Positions 10,001-18,321 of a stretch of 64,000 bases of DNA are shown here, piece by piece (position 1 is the first letter of the stretch; every line of letters starts with the position of its first letter). The position numbers and the translations under genes are program-made. The notes below the pieces were generated by a model. The model made no database searches, was not told where the DNA came from, and was given only the letters and a program-made list of their open reading frames with translations. This DNA comes from Promethearchaeota archaeon (GTDB lineage Archaea; Asgardarchaeota; Lokiarchaeia; Sigyniarchaeales; SOKP01), in the NCBI GenBank assembly GCA_016840165.1, contig JAEOSU010000070.1:1-64000 (forward strand), read 5' to 3'.

Positions 10001-11124
10001 TGCCATATTTTTTCATCTGATTCATCCGCTAGGCGATAAATTCTATCTAGACATCTCAAAGCTTCAGTATAATTACTGGTTTCATAATAGATTTTGTATG
10101 ACACATATAATTTTTGTAATTCGTTTGGTTGCTCTAAAATTGTTGGAATCCATTTTTTTAAATCTAATTGAAATTCCTCAGAGTCTAAAGTTTCCTTTGA
10201 GGAAAGAAAATTTGCAACAAAATTAGGTGTATTTATGTCGATTCTATAAATACCTTTTGATGGATTTATATATTTGAGATCGAAAAGAATCTTATCTAAG
10301 CCTTTTAACTCTTCTAAATCTTTTACATTTTGAATAGAATATTCATATATTTCTAATTTCTTCCGAATGTCATCAACGTGATTTATCCAAATAATATTTT
10401 CTAACTCATTTAATACTTTTAAACTCGATAAAATATCAGAATCGTTATTACCTGAATATCCCATCACGATTAATGTACGTCCTTTTGTAAGATTCTCAAG
10501 CACCGGCGATTTATATGGTTCTAATTGAATAATGTTATTTCGGTCATGATTGAGACTGACAAGACTAATGGTATTTATAAAAGATTTCCTAGTATCTTCT
10601 CCTGTTATTACGTTTTTTGGTGAACTATGAATTTTATAAACTGGTACTTTTCCACTCTTCATTAACTTCTCAGGATCATCATATTTGTTAAAATCCTTTT
10701 CTGTGATAACAGGTATAAGTTTCTTTTTAGGGATGGATAATTTCAGTAATGCTTGTTCAATGAGATAATCAAAGTTGCTCGTTATAACGTAATTACCTTT
10801 TTTCATCATTTCTGAAAGGAAAAAATGAATTTCATTAGGTTTATCGGACTCAAGATAATAATCAACTATATGTAAATCCTTGTCTAGCACTTCATGGAGA
10901 ATTCCAAGAAAGGTCTCAAATTTTAGAGATTCGATTTTTAATATAGAATTTACCTCTGAGGGAGTACACACATACTTTATTAATTCATTCATCATATCCT
11001 GAGCAGTAGGTAAACGTGAAGGAGCCTTCTTAGAAATTCCTGCACCAACGAGAAAAGTGAGGTCCTCTGCTTCATTCATTAAACCAGTAATATCTAAATC
11101 AGATACCTTTTTAATTGAACTCAA
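7066..11124 (-). CDS. SIR2-like (SIR2_2) domain protein with long TPR array
   Basis: FLVGAGIS..PSRLP, ITSNFD, KIHSS and MGYSGNNDSD motifs, followed by about 25 ~40-aa TPR repeats (NNIG.IY..QG.Y..AL..Y..AL.I). Confidence 0.85.
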   Translation of the reverse strand: MSSIKKVSDLDITGLMNEAEDLTFLVGAGISKKAPSRLPTAQDMMNELIKYVCTPSEVNSILKIESLKFETFLGILHEVLDKDLHIVDYYLESDKPNEIHFFLSEMMKKGNYVITSNFDYLIEQALLKLSIPKKKLIPVITEKDFNKYDDPEKLMKSGKVPVYKIHSSPKNVITGEDTRKSFINTISLVSLNHDRNNIIQLEPYKSPVLENLTKGRTLIVMGYSGNNDSDILSSLKVLNELENIIWINHVDDIRKKLEIYEYSIQNVKDLEELKGLDKILFDLKYINPSKGIYRIDINTPNFVANFLSSKETLDSEEFQLDLKKWIPTILEQPNELQKLYVSYKIYYETSNYTEALRCLDRIYRLADESDEKIWQSKTLIEMGKINYEKEDYEKALDWFQKAGQILIKIKDYTQRSTIFKYIGLINQKQNNFTEAIKYFDLASKEIEKARDLGAKSKIVKNYAKIYRMQERYQDAIKQYESAIKFNQKADDLQEKANNLKAIGKIYLSKKNYDKAIEYLEESLEINDTLENIGEKAAIYNVLGMVYHQNGDSVKGIELCDNALEIYERYQNIKGKLKAIRNIGVIYLDQWNYPKALELFEEGYSTAEEKKLNEQKADFTLQIGNIYYIQDKYNEALRWFEESYQLYQDLGKLSGMVNVQVHIGLIYKKQRNYEKALNTLESSLKTYDQLQDIKGRAEVLNIIGEIYLEQRDFNDALINYQEALEIYEDIQSLEGSAESLKNIGNYYQEQANFVEALNRYKDALSIITNLNLVEKKADLLNKIGSIYQDQGAYDKAFDKFEEALEIFIEEGNMEGEIDSLHNIGLNYNYQGESNEALKKFEQAVELAEQIGNLTKKSHCLNIIGSIYRDQWDLLEALKHYEESLIIADQLGNYEDQVEILNIIGKIYQSQKHYSEAIRRFNEAIYIAEKLGNLETKADIYNSIGDIHYDEEIYTESLKSYEEALKIDEQLANLKGMAVRLRNIAAIFLIHKKYDEVLKRYREALEIEEQLGNLTNQAKIIRDIGELYQEQKLFPESLRWYENAYKIFVEIENYEGIYACFDSIGSIYDDSRDFSEALKWYNEALKVAKQLDDLDLKAASYNKIGRVYYKLGIYKDALKRYNLALDLFEKRGDLIGKTEALNNIALVYQDQGNYDTSLKWYDKAVKIFKVLGPSEEKAINYFNTALIYRDQGEYLQALKTFEKALKVDEELENSNRKAESLNNIGLIYLDEGNYDIALKRFKEAAKIAEKLKDNKKKAVYLNNLTLVHLNEKNYTDAWKTCNDALSLFKKLDDKMGIADTNYKMGLIYLDQKSYAEAMTRHEEALEILDSSGLKKHPLNKVLKNNIKIIKSNLK

Positions 11125-11251
11125 TCAAATTCACACCCTTAAAAATTATGTATTTCGTATAAGAATAGGATTACTAGCTAATCTTAAATAATTTTGGATT
11201 ATGATTACAAAAATGTTTACTACTATCAATATCAGAGATACACTATTATTA

Positions 11252-12064
11252 TTAATAACCAAAAAAAGACTGAATTTCTTCTTGAATTTTACTCCTAATA
11301 TCCTCTTCTGTCCAATCATGGTCCATCTGCTCAATTAAAACGACCTTAACATTCGCTAATTGATCAAATATATTTGCTTTTAAATCTGAAATATCAATAA
11401 ATCTATTTTCACTTCCTATAATGATTTTCATTTTGTTATAAATCATCTCATTTAAAAGTTTTTCAACTTGATATTCATTAGAATTTAACTCTGATTTAGT
11501 TTTTGATAAAAATTTTTCAATATTTTCTATTCCATGAACATTCCTTGGAAGATATCTATTTATATATTGAAGAGTTTTGAGAAAATTACCATCATTGACC
11601 CGCTTTTTTAAATCTAAAATAGGAGAGAGAAGTAAAATTTTATTGATGAAATCAATCTTAGAACATAATAAGAGTGCAATATAACTTCCAAATCCGTGAG
11701 CTAAAATATTTACCTCTTGGCGTTTAAAGATTTCTTTTTTTCCCATAAGCTGAATAAATTCAGCGATTTTTAAGGAATCCTTTATCTGTGATTGAAGAGA
11801 AACTTTACCTTGACTGTTATTATACCCTCTAAAATTAAATAGTAATAAGCTAAATCCAGTTTTTAATAGGAATTCCAAGTTAGCAGCAATCTGGTGCAAA
11901 TTAAAAAGATTTGGAAAGTCATGGAAATAAGTAATTAATCGATAAGGTTTTTTATAGAATTCTCTGGGAAAATATAGTAAACCTCGTTGAAGTTTCCCTT
12001 CGATATTTAATTCAACCGCTGAAACCTCATAAGATCCATCATATTGTTTCTCTTTAAAATCCAT
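11252..12064 (-). CDS. Alpha/beta-hydrolase fold protein, nucleophile motif degenerate
   Basis: HDFP, FNFRGYNNSQG and LLSP motifs. The nucleophile elbow reads AHGFG instead of GHSxG. Confidence 0.75.
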   Translation of the reverse strand: MDFKEKQYDGSYEVSAVELNIEGKLQRGLLYFPREFYKKPYRLITYFHDFPNLFNLHQIAANLEFLLKTGFSLLLFNFRGYNNSQGKVSLQSQIKDSLKIAEFIQLMGKKEIFKRQEVNILAHGFGSYIALLLCSKIDFINKILLLSPILDLKKRVNDGNFLKTLQYINRYLPRNVHGIENIEKFLSKTKSELNSNEYQVEKLLNEMIYNKMKIIIGSENRFIDISDLKANIFDQLANVKVVLIEQMDHDWTEEDIRSKIQEEIQSFFGY

Positions 12065-12153
12065 AATAATTAATTTAATGATTTATTATAATGAAAAATT
12101 TTATCTTATTTGATTAATAGACAAAAGTAATCAGTTATTAAAACTTAACCCTC

Positions 12154-13002
12154 ATGATATTTCAAGATTGGCATACACACAATTCCTTATGTTCCCACGC
12201 TATCGGTTCAATAGAAGATTATGTAAAAAAAAGCATTGAGAAAAATTTAAATCTTATTGGAGTGAGCGATCACTTTCCCTATGAGTGTTTAAAGGGAATT
12301 GAAGAGATCCCATATGAAGAATATGCGATGAAACTTGAAAATTTAGAACCTTACGTCTCAACTGTAGAGTATTTAAGAGAGAAGTATCAAGATATAATAG
12401 AAATTAAGCTTGCGTTTGAATTAGATTATATCGAACAACAAGTTAATGCCCATAAACCCTATTTAAAAAAATATTTTAAGCAAATAGACTACATTCTGGG
12501 CTCAGTTCACATTTTATTAGGAAAAGGAAAAATGTTCGCGTTTGACGACAATCGATTTCTAAATGATTATAGGCTCTATGATAGTATGAATGAGATTTAT
12601 ATAGATTACTATAATACCATACAAAATATGATAATAAGTACTGAATTTTCTTTTGATATTATTAGCCATTTTGATTTACCTAAGAAATATAATAAGCGAC
12701 CAGAGGATGAAGGATTAATTGCTGAACACGTAGATCGGACTTTAGATCTCATTAAAACAAAAGATCTAACTGTAGAAATTAATACTAGTGGATGGCGAAA
12801 AGAAGTCAAGGAACAATATCCTAGTAAAGATATAATAAAGAAGATGTATGAATTAGATATTCCGATTGTATTAGGCTCTGATGCTCATCACCCTAATGAA
12901 GTAGGATTTAACTTTAATGAAGCGATAAAGTTGGTTAAAAAGATTGGATACACTCAACTGGCTTATTTTGAAAAGAGAAAAAGAAAGTTTATTGATCTTT
13001 AA
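12154..13002 (+). CDS. hisJ: Histidinol-phosphatase, PHP family (HisJ/HisK type)
   Basis: DWHTHNSLCSHA, SDHFP, ILGSVH, SHFDL, EINTSG and GSDAH motifs. Confidence 0.8.
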   Translation: MIFQDWHTHNSLCSHAIGSIEDYVKKSIEKNLNLIGVSDHFPYECLKGIEEIPYEEYAMKLENLEPYVSTVEYLREKYQDIIEIKLAFELDYIEQQVNAHKPYLKKYFKQIDYILGSVHILLGKGKMFAFDDNRFLNDYRLYDSMNEIYIDYYNTIQNMIISTEFSFDIISHFDLPKKYNKRPEDEGLIAEHVDRTLDLIKTKDLTVEINTSGWRKEVKEQYPSKDIIKKMYELDIPIVLGSDAHHPNEVGFNFNEAIKLVKKIGYTQLAYFEKRKRKFIDL

Positions 13003-13025
13003 TAACTAATTAGCGAGGCTTAAAA

Positions 13026-13739
13026 ATGGAAAAAAAAAGAGATAAGTGTGAATTATGCGGTAAGGATTTATTGTATGCAACTCAAGAAGGAGATTATAAA
13101 AATTTAATCTGTGAATTTTGTGGAAATATATTTGCGGCAAATATTTATTGTGAGGATGGTCATTATATTTGCGATTCTTGTCATATAAAAGGACCTGTTG
13201 AGGTAATAGAAGAGATTTGTGAAAAAACCAAAATTAAAGATCCTTTTATATTAGCCGATAAGATCATGAGTCATCCTAAGTTTAAGTTGTATGGCCCAGA
13301 ACATCATATCTTAACTCCTGCCGTAATTTTAACTAGTTTAAAGAATAATAATGTTAAAAAGCCAAATGGTCAAGAAATTACTTTTTTTGATGTCAAAGAA
13401 GCAATAAGAAGAGCTTCTAAGATACCAGGGGGGTGGTGTGGATTCTATGGTTCATGTGGTGCTGGAATGGGCTCAGGAATCGCAATAAGTATATTTACAG
13501 GAGCAACACCATCTAGAAATGAACCTAGAAGCTTAGCTAATAAAATAACTTCTAAAGCTTTAAATAAGATAGCAGATAATTTAGAGCATTGCTGTAAAAG
13601 GTCAGTTAAACTCACAATTTATGAAACTTTAGAATTTTTAAGAGAAAATTTTTCAATAGATTTGAATTATCTTCCTAAAAAATGCAAATTCTCGTTATTA
13701 AATGATAAATGTGAAAAAAATAAATGTCTATTCTATTAA
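13026..13739 (+). CDS. Cys-rich DUF5714-type protein
   Basis: CxxC..CxxCG..CxxGHYICDSCH, GPEHH, PGGWCGFYGSCGAG and CCKR motifs. Confidence 0.8.
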   Translation: MEKKRDKCELCGKDLLYATQEGDYKNLICEFCGNIFAANIYCEDGHYICDSCHIKGPVEVIEEICEKTKIKDPFILADKIMSHPKFKLYGPEHHILTPAVILTSLKNNNVKKPNGQEITFFDVKEAIRRASKIPGGWCGFYGSCGAGMGSGIAISIFTGATPSRNEPRSLANKITSKALNKIADNLEHCCKRSVKLTIYETLEFLRENFSIDLNYLPKKCKFSLLNDKCEKNKCLFY

Positions 13740-13775
13740 GGACATATGTTCTTATTAGTGGATTATCAGCGTTTT

Positions 13776-14960
13776 CTAAGCAGAATTTCTAATTTTAGAA
13801 AAAAATTCTTGTGAGGGGGTAGCATTAAAGAAAAACATATTAATAACTTGAGTTTTAAATTTTTCATCCTTTTCAGCTAAATTGAACATAGTATTGAGAT
13901 TTTTTCCTCCTTGCTCATAAAAAAATTCAACTAATGAACGTTTCAATTTGAAATTTTTAATTATTTTTTTTATATTATGATGAGTTTTATAAGATCTTAA
14001 TGTATTCTTAGAAATATCTTCTTTTTCTAAAGCATGTACTGCTGTTTCTGCAGCTATTTGACCAGAGACAATACTTGGGTGAATTCCTTCCCCACTAATA
14101 GGAGAGACAAAACCAGCCGCATCCCCAATCATCATAATATTATCCTCATAAAGACTTTTTTCCACTACTCCTTTTGCTGACATTGGAAAAGATCCTGTCC
14201 ATAGGGTCTTTATGCTACACCCAGAAAAGTAGTTTTTAATGTGAGTATTATTTAAAAACTCGTCATATATTGTATTTAAATTATAATTTAGATTATCTTC
14301 TTCAAAAGTACCACATCCAATATTTATACGCCTTTCATCAATCGGAAAAATCCAGCCATATCCTTTGTACGGTCGAAAGTAAATATGTAACTTTTTTATA
14401 TCCAAATTGGATTTACCTTCAATAATAGAACATTTTGCTAGTGCGATATCATTAATCTTCCAACGTTCCCTAAGTCCTGACATGACAGCTAATTTAGAAC
14501 TCATTCCATCAGCAATTATAATTATTTTCCCTAAATACTCTTCTATTCCTGATGGGGATCTTGTCTTAATCCCTATCTTCTTTTTGTTTTTGATAATAAA
14601 GTCATATGATAAATTATCATCAAAAAAATGGGCTCCTGCATTAATTGCCACTTCTTTTAATAGATTGTCAAATTCTAATCGATCAACTACCATCGAATTT
14701 TCACCATAACCTTCCCAGTTATATTCCAGTTTATGATAGTCAGCTGAAAACATAAATGCCCCAGTTTTTATAATTGGATTTAATTTCCGGATTTGGGGAA
14801 AATATTTTTCCATCACTCTTGAGCTCACAGCACCTCCACATGGTTTTCTCCAATTACTTTTTTTTTCAATTAAAGCAACTTCGAAACCATTGAGAGCGAG
14901 CATTTCAGCACATTTACAGCCAGCAGGGCCAGCTCCTGAAATAATAGCATCATAAATCAT
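13776..14960 (-). CDS. Geranylgeranyl reductase family FAD oxidoreductase
   Basis: GAGPAG, KPCGG, DRLEFD, IADG, GYGWIFP and GDAAGFVSPISGEGI motifs. Confidence 0.9.
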   Translation of the reverse strand: MIYDAIISGAGPAGCKCAEMLALNGFEVALIEKKSNWRKPCGGAVSSRVMEKYFPQIRKLNPIIKTGAFMFSADYHKLEYNWEGYGENSMVVDRLEFDNLLKEVAINAGAHFFDDNLSYDFIIKNKKKIGIKTRSPSGIEEYLGKIIIIADGMSSKLAVMSGLRERWKINDIALAKCSIIEGKSNLDIKKLHIYFRPYKGYGWIFPIDERRINIGCGTFEEDNLNYNLNTIYDEFLNNTHIKNYFSGCSIKTLWTGSFPMSAKGVVEKSLYEDNIMMIGDAAGFVSPISGEGIHPSIVSGQIAAETAVHALEKEDISKNTLRSYKTHHNIKKIIKNFKLKRSLVEFFYEQGGKNLNTMFNLAEKDEKFKTQVINMFFFNATPSQEFFSKIRNSA

Positions 14961-15102
14961 GAATATCCCTTAATCTTTTTTAATAAATAATCTTTAGTAT
15001 CGATAAATTATGATAAATGGCTTTTTTAATGCTGTCTATGATAAGGGTTAATCATTTAAATATTTTTTAGATTTCAGATAAAAATTTTAAAATTAAGGCT
15101 AA

Positions 15103-16071
15103 TTACTCCATTTTCCTGGATCGTAACCATCCTTCCATTATAATACTTTTAAAGAATTTAACATGTTTTGAATCTTTGGTATGTATTACTAAATGATTCT
15201 CATCATGATTCCCAATTACCGCAAAAAGGAGTTCTTCCCCATCTCTATCGAGGATATATCGATCTTCTGCTTCATACATTCTGATAGAGATATTATCTAG
15301 ACTCTGAAATTCTTCTAATAGTTCAGCATCCTCTTCAAGACCAGGGTCAATATAACAAGACACTTTCATATTTACTGAAGAGCGTACTTCATATAATGTT
15401 AATGTTTGGAGATCTTTTATATTTGGGACCGCAATAGTGACGTTATGAAGAGCATTCATTAATATTTCTCTCATCTTGGTAAGGATTTTATCTTTTGGGA
15501 TATCAATATTCGTCCAATCGATAATTTTAGAACCTGATGCGGCGGCTAATTGATTTCTTAGTTTTTCATTTTCTTTTTCTAATAATTCTAGATCCTCATC
15601 AGCCTTGGTTAGTTCCCCTTTTAATAGTTCAAGCTTCTCTTGAAGATTATCTATTTCTTTGTCTTTTTGCTCTACCACTGTTTTTTCTACCCTTGTATCC
15701 AATAAAAGCTTAATTTCCTTTTCTTTTAATTCTACTGATTTCTCTAATGTTTGTATTTTCTCATCTTTAATTTTCAATGAACCATCTAAAGTTTCAACTT
15801 GTTCACTTTTCAAACTAATAGAATCTTTAAGTGTTTTAATCTGATCCTCCTTTAGATTCATTGAACTTTGCAGATTTTTGATCAAATCATCTTTAGTTTT
15901 TATTTGCTCATCTTTTACCCTTATTTGATCTCTGAGGGTCATAAGCTTTTTTATCTCATCTTCTTTAACCCTAAGTTTATCTTTTAAATTCTCAATTTCT
16001 TTCTGGAGATCTTCAATCTCTTTTTCTTTTGATTTTGAATCATCTTGGGGATGGTTTGCTTGATCTTTCAT
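15103..16071 (-). CDS. Coiled-coil protein with C-terminal globular (TrmB sensor/PLD-like) domain
   Basis: About 170 aa of heptads with a 14-residue LK.E/D.I..L repeat, then an alpha/beta domain (ALHNVTIAVP...ILDRDGEELLF...W). Confidence 0.7.
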   Translation of the reverse strand: MKDQANHPQDDSKSKEKEIEDLQKEIENLKDKLRVKEDEIKKLMTLRDQIRVKDEQIKTKDDLIKNLQSSMNLKEDQIKTLKDSISLKSEQVETLDGSLKIKDEKIQTLEKSVELKEKEIKLLLDTRVEKTVVEQKDKEIDNLQEKLELLKGELTKADEDLELLEKENEKLRNQLAAASGSKIIDWTNIDIPKDKILTKMREILMNALHNVTIAVPNIKDLQTLTLYEVRSSVNMKVSCYIDPGLEEDAELLEEFQSLDNISIRMYEAEDRYILDRDGEELLFAVIGNHDENHLVIHTKDSKHVKFFKSIIMEGWLRSRKME

Positions 16072-16298
16072 TGATGCATAACTATCTTTTCATTGATCCT
16101 TTTAATTAATATAATAAAATTCCTTTTTATTTCTTAGTTATTATTTTAAAGATTAAAAATAGATTTTATTCGGGAATTTTATGATTTTATTCTTATAATC
16201 ATTTATTATTGTTCTTGAGGAGAAAATCATAGTTCTGACTAAATATGGAAATAAATTTATAAAATAGTTTTATATTTGATTACTGTTATTATAATCTC

Positions 16299-17033
16299 AT
16301 GAGCTCAGATCCGAAAATTAAAGATTTAGAAACAGATCTTAATGATCTATTAGAGAAAGAAATGAAAGAACTAGCTGGAATTCTTGGGATCACAATTTCA
16401 TCACATGGAGGTTCTCATTTAGCCAGTAAGTTTAAAAAAGATATCTCAATGACGAAAACAGAGATTAGCGCAGCAAGTAGTAGTTTAGTTTTTCTCTCAT
16501 CAAAAATGTTACAGGATTCGTTAAATCAAAAAATCTCTTACAATTTAATTACAGGAAGTAATCGTATTATTCTCTCTGTCCTAACAGATAATATCGCGAT
16601 GACTTGCTATCTTAATCGTCAACTTGCAGAATTAGAAGGATTAAACGTATATATAAATCATTTGAAAAAATTTTGTATGAAACTTTCTGCGATAATTGCC
16701 ACTTCGGACATAATTAAAGAGGAGGTTTTTGTTGCTATTAAAAGAGCAATCCCTAATGCATTAGTAGTGGCAATAATAACAAAGGATGGTCTTCCTATTA
16801 AGATTCAGGCAACAATGCCAGAACCTATTTTGTCTGCCATGATTTCGGCGATTTACAATTTATCAAGTGTTTTATTAGAAGGTGGTTTAGAATATTCTGT
16901 AATTGGAGGGGAAAATGGCTCAATAATAATCCATGAACTTGATGAAAATCGTATCATTGCAATTGCTGTGCCTGAAGCTGATGAGAAAAAACTTGGTAGT
17001 TATGTGGCAAAGATCAAAACAATAATACCTTAA
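16299..17033 (+). CDS. Tandem roadblock/LC7 (MglB/LAMTOR-like) domain protein
   Basis: Two ~120-aa units, ILGITISSHGGSHLAS..EISAASSSL and VAIITKDGLPI..ILSAMISAIY..GENGSIIIH. Confidence 0.8.
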   Translation: MSSDPKIKDLETDLNDLLEKEMKELAGILGITISSHGGSHLASKFKKDISMTKTEISAASSSLVFLSSKMLQDSLNQKISYNLITGSNRIILSVLTDNIAMTCYLNRQLAELEGLNVYINHLKKFCMKLSAIIATSDIIKEEVFVAIKRAIPNALVVAIITKDGLPIKIQATMPEPILSAMISAIYNLSSVLLEGGLEYSVIGGENGSIIIHELDENRIIAIAVPEADEKKLGSYVAKIKTIIP

Positions 17034-18290
17034 TTATCCTTCAATTATAATCAATCGTTCGATCTTATCAACGATTTTTAGCGCTCCAAAATAAGAGTCT
17101 GCAAATGAACTCCCAGTATATAACACCGTACATACTGGTTCGTTTTTCCAAATTTCATGATCAGGGTTAAATTTATCATAGACGTGATCAATTTTATTGA
17201 TTTCTTTTATTATTGCACCTTTAATAGCTTGTGGTGCAAAATAAACTAATTTCGTGGCAAATTGAGGTTTCTTAATGCTATCAAGTGAAGTTTCTATCTC
17301 TTGCCATTTATCCTTAGAAAAGGATTGAATATGTAAATCTAATAAATTAATTCTAAGTGCCCTTTCTGAAACTCTAAGGGATCCGGGAATTCTAGGATTG
17401 ATTTCCATTAAGAAGGGATAATGATTTTTTAATACATAATCAAAACCGTTTATTCCCCGTAAATTAAGAGTTTTAGTAAGAAAGATTGAAATTTCTGCGA
17501 TAACATCATTATCTTCTTGTAATAGATTGGCAGGAACTATATTACCGCAGTAAATGAACTCTTTCGGGGCATGAAGAAACCTCTCCCCTATTATTTGACG
17601 GTTGATTGAAATTACCTTAGCATTAACACCATCAGAAATCACAGTGCAACTTATAGGTATGCCATCAATATATTCTTGAACGATCCATTGTTTAGGGTTG
17701 AATTCTTTCATTCCCAGTTTTTGTTTAAGAAAGATATATTTCTGATATGATTCAATTTTATAAACGTTAACTCCTCCCGAGCTCTGCTTCTTTTTTAAGA
17801 TTACAGGGAAATGTAATTCAGGATTCTGAAAGTTAAATTGATTAGCCTCTATACTAATAGGATGCTTGAATTTATTTTTGTCCAATAATTTATATAACAG
17901 TCGAATATCTCTGGCCTTTTTGAGAGTTTCGATATCATTATTTAAACTTTGTATTGTGTATTTTTGATCTTTCAGCTTCTGATAGAAGTGTATTCTCTCA
18001 TCAAAAGCATCATCTAAACCACTTCCAATAATAAGGTATTCTATATGAGGATATTTATCTAATAAGGTTAATGAAAGTTTTAATAAATAACGATGATATA
18101 TTCCCTTCATTATTTCATAATTTGCACCAAATTCTTGACTAACAATTAGAGAATCTTCTACATAGGGATATAAATCCTCATCTCCAAAAAAATCAACCGT
18201 GAAAACGCGATATCCCGCTAAATGTAGAGAAGTAGCTAATGGCCTAGTGTTAAAACCAACAACTAGAACAGAATTCTTATTTTTTCTCAT
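17034..18290 (-). CDS. ATP-grasp domain protein (COG2232-like carboligase)
   Basis: GFNTRPLA..DFFGDED, GSG, PVILK..SSGG, VQEYIDG, YCGN, GINGFD and MEINPRIPG motifs. Confidence 0.85.
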   Translation of the reverse strand: MRKNKNSVLVVGFNTRPLATSLHLAGYRVFTVDFFGDEDLYPYVEDSLIVSQEFGANYEIMKGIYHRYLLKLSLTLLDKYPHIEYLIIGSGLDDAFDERIHFYQKLKDQKYTIQSLNNDIETLKKARDIRLLYKLLDKNKFKHPISIEANQFNFQNPELHFPVILKKKQSSGGVNVYKIESYQKYIFLKQKLGMKEFNPKQWIVQEYIDGIPISCTVISDGVNAKVISINRQIIGERFLHAPKEFIYCGNIVPANLLQEDNDVIAEISIFLTKTLNLRGINGFDYVLKNHYPFLMEINPRIPGSLRVSERALRINLLDLHIQSFSKDKWQEIETSLDSIKKPQFATKLVYFAPQAIKGAIIKEINKIDHVYDKFNPDHEIWKNEPVCTVLYTGSSFADSYFGALKIVDKIERLIIIEG

Positions 18291-18321
18291 TTGGATAATA
18301 AGAGTAATCCAATAAGAGATA

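Noticed and set aside
7066-10100. Repetitive DNA suggestive of an array
   Set aside because: The periodicity is due to degenerate TPR coding repeats; there are no identical repeats with spacers.
11146-11334. 62-aa ORF between the hydrolase and SIR2-TPR
   Set aside because: It overlaps the hydrolase 3' end in another frame and runs through promoter-like AT-rich DNA.
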